Below, one piece after another: positions 38,854-46,960 of a stretch of DNA of 64,000 nucleotides. A model generated the notes under the pieces. That model worked only from the letters and a program-made list of their open reading frames with translations. It made no database searches and was not told where the DNA came from. The DNA is taken from NCBI GenBank assembly GCA_963789335.1, contig CAWBKH010000005.1, forward strand, positions 273,948-337,947. The letters run 5' to 3'. Source of the DNA: an uncultured Verrucomicrobiae bacterium. GTDB lineage: Bacteria; Verrucomicrobiota; Verrucomicrobiia; Limisphaerales; UBA11358. A program made the translations under genes and the position numbers. The number at the start of each line of letters is the position of its first letter. Positions within the stretch are counted from its first letter, which is position 1.

Positions 38854-41096
38854 ATGCGCCCACCTGCGGTCCAATCCAAACCCACCCCGACGAGCCGAGC
38901 CACCACGGCCTCGGCCCGGCCGCGGTTTCCGGTATGGCTGATGGCCGCCTTGCTGGGGTTGGCGACCCTGGCCCTTTACTGGCCGACGATGCGCCATGGG
39001 TTCATCAATTACGATGACGATATCTATGTCACCGCGAATCTTCACGTCCAACAGGGATTGACGTGGGAAAACCTGAAATGGGCATTTGTCACCCCGGTCA
39101 GTGATAATTGGCATCCGTTGACGATGTTGTCGCACATGCTGGACTGCCAGTTGTTTGGTTTAAAGCCGTGGGGACACCATCTGAGCAACGTATTGCTGCA
39201 CGCGCTTAACACCGTTTTGGTTTTCCTGTTTCTGCGCGGTCTGACTGGTGCGTTCTGGCGGAGCGCGCTGGTGGCGGCATTGTTTGGGTGGCACCCGCTG
39301 CATGTGGAATCGGTCGCTTGGGTGGCGGAACGAAAGGATATGTTGAGCGGCTTCTTTGGTCTGCTCACACTCATTTTTTACAGCCGGTACGCGCAAAAGC
39401 GGTTGAGGAGGGAGTGGCGCGAGCCAACCGCAAAAGCGGCTCGAGTTCCGCCCTTTGGCCCTTGACGATTGACTACGGGCTGGCCCTGATTTTCTTCGCG
39501 CTGGGTTTGATGAGCAAGCCGATGCTGGTGACGTGGCCGTTTGTTCTGTTGTTGCTGGATTACTGGCCGTTGGGCCGTTTTGAACTTTCAACCCGCAATC
39601 CGCAGCTCTCAACCCTTTGGCGATTGGTGCGGGAGAAGATTCCGTTCTTTATTCTCGCGGGGCTGTCGAGCGTCGTGACCTATGTGGTGCAGCAACAGGG
39701 TGGTGCCGTGGTGTCGGGTGAAAACCTGCCACTGGCTGCGCGCGTCGGGAACGCCTTGATTTCCTACTGCCGCTATCTGGGGAAGCTGTGCTGGCCGACG
39801 GATCTGGCGGTGTTCTATCCTCCCTACACCGGGTATTGGCCGCTGGGGGAGGTGCTGCTGGCGGCTGCTTTGCTGGCGGGTCTGTCAGTGTTTTTTTTGG
39901 GGCAGCGGCGGTATCCGTTTTTGCTGATGGGATGGTTGTGGTTTATCGGAACGCTGGTTCCCGTAATCGGTTTGGTTCAGGTTGGCGAACAAGCGATGGC
40001 GGATCGGTACAGTTATCTTCCGTCGCTGGGGGTGCTGATCCTGGCAGTCTGGGGCGCGTACGAACTGACCCGGGGCTGGCGGTATCAGGTGATGGCGTTG
40101 TCGGTGGCGGGTGGGGCGGCGATTATCTTGTGTATGGCATTGACGCGGCAACAATTGGAGTATTGGCAGGACAGTGAGACCCTTTTTCGACATGCACTCG
40201 CAGTCACACAAAACAATCTTCTCGCGCACCTCAACCTCGGCTTCGCCCTTGAGGAGAAAGGGCAAACGGACGAGGCCATCCGCCAGTTCCAGGAAACCAT
40301 CCGCCTGAAACCGGATTCCGCCACAGCCCACTTCAACCTCGGCGTCATCCTCGGAAAGGAAGGACAAACGGACGAGGCGATTGGCCAATACCAGGAAGCC
40401 GTCCGCCTGAACCCGGGTTTCGCCGACGCGCACAACAACCTTGGCAACGTCCTCTTCAAGCAAGGCCAGCTCGCCGCGGCGCTTGGCCAATTCCAGGAAG
40501 CCGTCCGCCTGAACCCGGGTTTCGCCGACGCGCACAACAACCTTGGCAACGTCCTCTTCAAGCAAGGCCAGCTTTCCGCGGCGATTGGCCAATACCAGGA
40601 AGCCGTCCGCCTGAACCCGGGTTTCGCCGAGGCACACAACAATCTTGGCCAAGCTTTCTTCAACCAAGGCCAATTCGACCGGGCCATCGGCCAATTCCAG
40701 GAGACCATCCGCCTGAATCCGGATTTGGCCGAGGCGCACAACAACCTCGGCAATGCCCTCTTCAGCCAGGGCCAGTTCGACGAAGCCATCGGCCAATTTC
40801 AGGAGGCCATCCGCCTCAATCCAGATTACGCCGAGGCCTATTGCAGCTTGGGTCTCGCCCGTTTCAACCAAGGCCGGCTCGACGAGGCCATTAGCCAATT
40901 TCAAGAGGCTGTGCGTCTTAAACCCGATTACGCTGAGGCGCACAACAACCTCGGCAGCGCCCTCGGAAGGGAAGGGCACACGGACGAGGCGATCCGCCAA
41001 TTTCAGGAAGCGATCCGCTTGGAACCGGATTTCGCTGAGGCGCGCAATAACCTCAATCGCGCCCTGAGAATACAGAACGCTGCGGCGGGACACTGA
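38854..41096 (+). pseudogene. TMTC/PMT_2-like membrane-TPR paralog with one frame change (frame 1 to frame 0) between ~39395 and ~39465
   Basis: ORF 38854-39465 matches the paralog N-terminus up to ERKDMLSGFF. ORF 39288-41096 resumes homology at DYGLALIFFALGLMSKPMLVT. Could be real or an assembly indel. Confidence 0.7.
40293..41058 (+). repeat. 102-bp tandem array (about 7.5 units) encoding TPRs; units 40395-40496 and 40497-40598 are nearly identical
   Basis: Period verified at 40293, 40395, 40497, 40599 and 40701. Confidence 0.85.
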
Positions 41097-41418
41097 TCCA
41101 TGGGCGGGGTAGCAGGAGAAGCCATACACCCTTTCCGCCGGAACGCATAGGAGCCGTATGCAGGTTGGCTCGGCGACGCGACTTTGCCTTTGAACCAATT
41201 GTTGTGGATTGATAGCGTAAATTTAATCGTCTTTGCCGGGAGGCTTTTCATCCTGATTGAGTTTGATTTAATTTGTGAGAAACGCCATTTTCACGAGTGA
41301 TTTCGATTGGTTGGGCCGTCGGTTGTCGGAACGCTCCGCTGGGATCGTTGCGAGAAAATCACCGCGGAATTAAACACATGGAACCGGTTCAAACCTGGCA
41401 CCCCGATTGGAGGTAATC

Positions 41419-41871
41419 ATGGAACACGAACAACTCATTTCCTTAATCCAGAAAATCATCGCCGCGGTTGAAAAGCGCATCCCGGAATATATGGCTGAAG
41501 CGGCAGATCGGCGGATCGCCGACGGGAACACCGCCGTCTGCCTGATTGACGCCGGCGGTGAAGTGCATGGGAAAATGTTTGGCACCGACAAAATCCGGCA
41601 ACGCAATTCCTTCCGGATTGCCTGGCTCAAGGCCAGCTAGGTATGGATTACCGGCCTGAAGACCGGCGAATACGAGAAGCAGGTTTTCGCTGGCACCATT
41701 GATGAGCACAAATACGGCATTATCCGTCCGGAGTTTATCGGTTGGGAAGGCGGGCAACCAATCATGGTTGACGGCCAGACGAAATTATCGGCGGGGTTCA
41801 GCGGCTTCCGGGGGATCAGCGATCTGAGAATAGTCCAAGATGCCGTCGCTGAGGTTGTCCCGAAAAGATGA
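41419..41871 (+). pseudogene. GlcG/HbpS-like (DUF336) protein with an in-frame TAG at 41638-41640
   Basis: GGAGG lies 6 nt before ATG 41419. The N-terminal half ends ...RIAWLKAS*. The same frame continues VWITGLKTG...GWEGGQPIMVDG...AGFSGFRGISDLRIV to TGA 41871, which together makes one DUF336-like domain. Confidence 0.55.
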
Positions 41872-41964
41872 AAGGCGACAGTGTCAGTGTGGGGATTGCC
41901 CTCCCTTGGTCGTGCCATCAACAGCTGCGGATTCCACGCGTGCCAACTCTTCCTGAGCCGTAAA

Positions 41965-41995
41965 GCAAAAAAACCACCCGATTTTTCACCGGGTG
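41965..41995 (-). terminator. Rho-independent terminator after the PEP-CTERM gene
   Basis: The minus strand reads ccacccg-gtgaaaaat-cgggtgg followed by tttttttt. Confidence 0.65.
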
Positions 41996-42027
41996 GCTTG
42001 ATGTTAAGAACCAAAAAACCAATCAAT

Positions 42028-42682
42028 TTATTTCCGCCGACGGATGAAGAAGAGCGGCAAACCCAGAGCCAAGAGCGCCAAGCTGGCTGGCTCGGGCACT
42101 GCTTGAGCAATGGAAACACCATCAAAATAAAATGCTAACGGAGCCGGGTTACCATTATCCTGCGCCATGGTATACACTACGGCGTCTGTGTATCCTGCGG
42201 GCGCGGTCGCCGAAACAGAATATTGGGTCCACACACCGAGTGCCCCATTTATCGTTATCCCAACGGTATTGCCCGGGTTCTCCACGGTGCTCGCACCACC
42301 TAAAGCGGCCGTTTCAAAGCCAAGCTGAAGAAGCCCACCCGCCGTTGTGGCAGCCGCTGTCTGGTAAACCCACGCACTGACCGTATACTTTAGGCCCGGA
42401 GTGACGCCGCTGTCTATTTGATAGGCGCCTGGAGTGGCCCAGCCATCGTTGGCAGCCAAGGCCAAGCCCAAGGAAGTCGGAGTCTCCATTGTACGTGGGC
42501 GATGTTGCAATCAGTCCCGCACTGAACGGTGCCCAACCTTGGTTGACGCCCGCGACGGTTATCGGGTTTGCCGTATAGGGACCGCTAAAATTTGGATCCA
42601 CAATGACCTGGGCCTGTGCGCTGAGTGCGAGTGCTGCAGTCACGCCAACAACACCGGTGATGACTTTAGGGAACATTTTCAT
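42028..42682 (-). pseudogene. PEP-CTERM protein, apparent frameshift near 42480-42510
   Basis: The signal peptide (MKMFPKVITGVVGVTAALALSAQA) is in one frame. The body and the C-terminal VPEPASLALLALGLPLFFIRRRK are in another. Confidence 0.7.
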
Positions 42683-42944
42683 AATAAGTTTTACATTTGT
42701 TTGGTTGCTCTGTTTACAGCTTGCGCTGAATTGTGATGCATTTTTACTACATTGAGTTGATTTTGTCAAGACTTTTTGATAAAAAAAGGTGTTTGGCATG
42801 TCCCGGAGTTTGGCTTAAAATGGGGTGGTTTTTACTGGATTAACTCACATCTTGTTTGGCTATAGGTAGTTACAATTATATTATCATTCTTCGATGAATG
42901 ACCGGTAGGCTGTAAAGTCCAATTTATCTGCCCCAACCAACTTT

Positions 42945-45281
42945 ATGACCGCCACAAATCCGATTTCCAAGCGTCGCCTGTGGGGGATGCGGATTTTTGC
43001 AATGGTTTTCGTTCCCCTGCTCATTTTAGGCGGCCTTGAGCTTGGCTTGCGTTTGGGGGGATACGGTTACGACACCGGTTTTTTTCGGCGAATTCAGATA
43101 CGCGGGCGGGACTATTACGTGCCAAATGAAAAATTCAGCGACCGATTCTTCCCACCCGCCATCGCCCGCACGCCGGCAGTGTTTCGATTTCCCGTCGAGA
43201 AAGCCACCAATTCGTACCGGATTTTCCTGTTGGGCGAATCGGCGGCGGAAGGAGACCCGGATTCCAGTTATGGGGTCGGCCGATATTTACAAGTGCTGTT
43301 GCGCGAGCGTTATCCCGGAACCCATTTTGAAGTCGTATGCGTGGCCATTACGGCGATTGATTCGAACGTGATTCTGCCGATTGCGCGGGATTGCGCCCGG
43401 CATCAGGGCGATTTGTGGGTCATTTACATGGGCAACAACGAGATGGTCGGTCCGTTTGGCGCCGAAACCAGCTATGGATTGCCGGCGCCGAGCCGGGCCG
43501 AAATCCGAACGCTGCTGGCCGTCAAGGCGACCCGGCTGGGACAGTTGCTGGATGCGACCATCCGACGCCTGGCCAGGAACTCTTCAACTCCCAAGGCTTG
43601 GGGTGGCATGGAGATGTTTGCGAAAAATCGCCTTGGTTATGATGCCCCCGCCCGGCTGCGGGCTTATGCCAATTTCAAAGGAAATCTGGCGGACATTTTG
43701 CGAACGGCGCGGCAAGCCGGCGTGCCCGTCATTTTGAGCACGGTGGCGGTCAACCTGAAAGATTGCGCGCCATTTGCTTCAATGCACCGGCCCGGTTTAA
43801 GCGCAAACCAATTATCCGCCTGGAACCAAAATTTTGATGACGGCATTACGAATGAGGCCGCCGGTTCTTATGAAACTGCTTTGGCGCTGTACCGCAAGGC
43901 GGCTGAGATTGACCCGCAGTACGCCGAACTGCAGTTTCGCATGGGGGATTGTGATTTGGCGCTGACAAATTACCCGCACGCACTGCAGGATTTTAAACTG
44001 GCGCGAGACTACGACGCTCTCGATTTCCGGGCAGATTCGCGGATCAATGCAGCCATCCGACAGGCGGCGGAACGGCACGCCCAAAGGGGCGTTTATCTGG
44101 TGGACGCAGCCGATACGCTGGCGAAGGACTCCCCCGACGGCATTCCCGGATTGAACTTTTTTTATGAGCACGTGCATTTGAATTTCGCCGGCAATTACTT
44201 GTTGGCGCTTCACTTTGCCGAAAAAATCCAAGGGCTGCTTCCAAGTACCATTACCACCCGCGACACCGGAAACTGGGCATCGCAGAAGTTGTGTGAACGT
44301 CGGCTCGCCGTGACCGTGTGGGACCGGCAGCGGATCTGGCAACCCATTTTTGCCCGCATCACCGCGCCGCCGTTTACGGGGCAGTTCAATCACGCCGCCT
44401 TTGTCCAGCAATGCCAGGCCCAATGGGACGCGACCAAAGCGCAAATGGATACCCAAACGCCTCAGCAGGCCCGGCAGGAGTATGAGCAGGCCCTGGCCCT
44501 GGCCCCGGACGACAATTCTTTGCATGTGAATTTTGAGGGGTTTCTGGAGGCGGCGGGGGACCTGGCTGGAGCCGTCCGGGAGGCCAAACGCTCTTGCGAA
44601 CTGACGCCGCAGAGCGCAGGAACGTTTTGGTACACTGGCACATTGTTGGTTCGCGCAGGGAAAATCAGTGAAGCCGCCGATTATTTTACCCGCGCCTTGG
44701 CCATCCGCAGCGATTATGCGGAAGCCCAGGACGCGATGGGAGAAATTCTGGCGAATCAACAAAAAAACGCCGAGGCCATGTCTTGGTTCAAGCAAGCAAT
44801 CCGCTCAAATCCCGACTATGTGGCCACTTATCTGAACCGGGGATTTCTCGAGCAAAATCAGGGGGCAACGGATGCCGCCATGGCGGATTATCAAAAAGCC
44901 GCGAATCTACAGCCGGAGGGTCCGGCCGATTATTTCAATCGCGCCAACATTGCCGCGGCTGCCTATCAGTGGGAGGAGGTCATGGCCGACTTGCGCGGTG
45001 TGGTTAAAGCCCAACCTGACTTCTGGCAGGCGCATTACCAGTTGGGAATCGAATTGGCGGCCAACGAGAAAACTGAGGAGGCTCAAAAAGAATTTGCGGC
45101 GGCAGTCCATTATCGTCCGGACTTTGCGCCGGCTCATTTATATCTGGGAATCGCCCTGGCCGCACAAAAGAAGCCCGACCAAGCACTGGCCGAGTTTCGT
45201 GCCGTTTTGCAACTAGACCCCGCAAACCGGACGGCCCAGCAAGAGATTCAAGCCATTCAATCCGCAGCCAAACGCAACTGA
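42945..45281 (+). CDS. Membrane-anchored SGNH/GDSL-like hydrolase domain fused to a TPR array
   Basis: N-terminal TM segment. FLLGESAAEG (block I-like), IYMGNNE (GxND-like), YEHVHLNFAGNY (block V-like). C-terminal TPRs. Confidence 0.65.
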   Translation: MTATNPISKRRLWGMRIFAMVFVPLLILGGLELGLRLGGYGYDTGFFRRIQIRGRDYYVPNEKFSDRFFPPAIARTPAVFRFPVEKATNSYRIFLLGESAAEGDPDSSYGVGRYLQVLLRERYPGTHFEVVCVAITAIDSNVILPIARDCARHQGDLWVIYMGNNEMVGPFGAETSYGLPAPSRAEIRTLLAVKATRLGQLLDATIRRLARNSSTPKAWGGMEMFAKNRLGYDAPARLRAYANFKGNLADILRTARQAGVPVILSTVAVNLKDCAPFASMHRPGLSANQLSAWNQNFDDGITNEAAGSYETALALYRKAAEIDPQYAELQFRMGDCDLALTNYPHALQDFKLARDYDALDFRADSRINAAIRQAAERHAQRGVYLVDAADTLAKDSPDGIPGLNFFYEHVHLNFAGNYLLALHFAEKIQGLLPSTITTRDTGNWASQKLCERRLAVTVWDRQRIWQPIFARITAPPFTGQFNHAAFVQQCQAQWDATKAQMDTQTPQQARQEYEQALALAPDDNSLHVNFEGFLEAAGDLAGAVREAKRSCELTPQSAGTFWYTGTLLVRAGKISEAADYFTRALAIRSDYAEAQDAMGEILANQQKNAEAMSWFKQAIRSNPDYVATYLNRGFLEQNQGATDAAMADYQKAANLQPEGPADYFNRANIAAAAYQWEEVMADLRGVVKAQPDFWQAHYQLGIELAANEKTEEAQKEFAAAVHYRPDFAPAHLYLGIALAAQKKPDQALAEFRAVLQLDPANRTAQQEIQAIQSAAKRN

Positions 45282-45340
45282 TAATCCGAATCGGGACTGC
45301 CCTCGCATGGTTGGTGGCACAAATGAAAACGGGGCGCAAT

Positions 45341-45368
45341 CTAAAAGGACTGCGCCCCGGTATTTGGT
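45341..45368. terminator. Hairpin between convergent genes
   Basis: ggggcgca-atctaaaaggac-tgcgcccc. A U-rich tract follows on the minus strand (gttttcattt). Confidence 0.5.
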
Positions 45369-45377
45369 TGAAAGCAA

Positions 45378-45978
45378 TTATTTCCGGCGCCGGGAAACTA
45401 TCAGCGCGGCAATGCCAAGCCCGGCCAACGCCAGCGTCGCAGGTTCGGGCACCGCTTGGATGTCATAGACAAACCCGCCGACTTGGCCCTCAGTAGCGCT
45501 GCCAACTCCGCCGGCTCCGTTTAATGATCCCTGCACGGTGCCGCTGCCATCCGCCGTCGCGGTACCGATTAATGTTGCCATAAACAATGACTCCGCCCCG
45601 TCCATTCCCGTCCCAAGCCGCGCAGGCATAAAGCGCCACAGTTTCGCCTGGGGTCAAACCGCTGAAGGTAAAGTTGTGATCATTCGCGTTGTTGCCAAAA
45701 GTGTAGAAGCCGGATTGGGTCAACGGCTCAAGGGTGTTGCCGTTATCATAGACACCAACATTATCAATGGAAAAATCGTAACCCTGCCCGTTGATGTTGT
45801 TGATGCTTGCCGTCGGGGTGTTGGCCAAAAAATTGCCAGTCAGGCCGACCCATCCGGCGGGGACGACATTACCAGTATTGTTGAAGTCGAGTTGGACGTA
45901 AACGTCTGCCCTGGCGCTGCTTGCGGCGAGAAGTCCCATGATTGCTGCGGCCAGGAAAAAATTCATTTTTGTTTTCAT
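45378..45978 (-). pseudogene. PEP-CTERM protein, apparent frameshift near 45560-45600
   Basis: The signal peptide and body (MKTKMNFFLAAAIMGLLAASSARA...AAWDGNG) are in one frame. The tail ...AVPEPATLALAGLGIAALIVSRRRK is in another. Confidence 0.7.
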
Positions 45979-46107
45979 TTGAAAATTAAGGTGACAGCTA
46001 ATTTGTGCTGTTTTTACTACAAACACGGGTGAATGTCAAGGCTTTTTTATCGTTGATCCGAGAATAATGATGCAAATCGTACTGAAAGCACCCACAAGCA
46101 ACTCTAT

Positions 46108-46851
46108 CTACGCGATTCCGCCATTTACGCGGATGTTTTGGCCGGTGACCCACCCGGCCGCTTCACTTGCCAGGAAGGCGACCACTTCGGCGATTTCCAT
46201 CGGTTGACCGAGCCGGCCAAAAGCGGCCATTTGCGCAAATTGCTGAATCTGCTCCGGCGTCTTGCCGTTCTTAAACAACTCGGTTTCCGTAGGGCCGGGC
46301 GAAACGACGTTGACCGTGATGCCCCGCGGTCCCAATTCCTTGGCCAGCGAACGTGTGAGTTGCTCCACCGCCCCCTTCGTGGCGACATAAGCTCCGTAGT
46401 TCGGCATCACTCTCGCCGTGGTCGAGCTGGACAGGTTGACGATGCGCCCGCCTTCGCTCAACCGGATCGCTGCCTGTTGGCACGCGAAATAGGTGCCCTT
46501 GACGTTCACGGCGAAAATCCGGTCGAACTCTTCTTCCGTGACGGCGCTGACAGGATTAACGGACATGATGCCGGCGTTGTTTACCAAAATGTCGAGCTTG
46601 CCGAGCCGCGCGATGGTCTCGTCAAACAACCGGACAATTTCCCGCACGCGCCCGACATCCGCTTGAATGGCCAGCGCCTTTCCGCGGGACGATTCAATTT
46701 GGGCCACAACTTTTCGCGCTTCGGTGTCGTTACTGGCGTAATTAACAACGATCGCCGCGCCCTCGCGGCTGAGGCGTTCGGCAATGGCGCGCCCGATCCC
46801 GCGCGACGCGCCGGTCACGAGCGCGACTTTCCCTTTCAAAGAGTTGCTCAT
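46108..46851 (-). CDS. Short-chain dehydrogenase/reductase (FabG-like)
   Basis: TGASRGIGRAIA, NNAG and YVATKGAV (YxxxK). Start at ATG 46849-46851. Confidence 0.85.
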   Translation of the reverse strand: MSNSLKGKVALVTGASRGIGRAIAERLSREGAAIVVNYASNDTEARKVVAQIESSRGKALAIQADVGRVREIVRLFDETIARLGKLDILVNNAGIMSVNPVSAVTEEEFDRIFAVNVKGTYFACQQAAIRLSEGGRIVNLSSSTTARVMPNYGAYVATKGAVEQLTRSLAKELGPRGITVNVVSPGPTETELFKNGKTPEQIQQFAQMAAFGRLGQPMEIAEVVAFLASEAAGWVTGQNIRVNGGIA

Positions 46852-46960
46852 GTCCTTGATGATGCCAAAGTTGCGGAGCAAACGAAACGAAGAAGTCAAA
46901 TCAGTTGCCTGAAGGCATTTCAAGCGGGACCAAGTTGGACCGGATTCGCGCTGGCGGGGC

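Noticed and set aside
40293-41058. Regular 102-bp periodicity that could superficially resemble a CRISPR or other repeat-spacer array.
   Set aside because: There is no repeat/spacer alternation. The whole period is coding and translates to 34-aa TPR units in one long ORF. The same applies to 16575-16880 and 38130-38470.
15879-41640. Genome-wide reassignment of TAG (or TGA) as a sense codon, as an explanation for the in-frame stops.
   Set aside because: typA (stop at 1781-1783) and trpA (stop at 13803-13805) end at TAG with normal-looking C-termini, and most genes here end at TGA. Global recoding is therefore unlikely. Local readthrough, pseudogenisation or base-call error remain possible.
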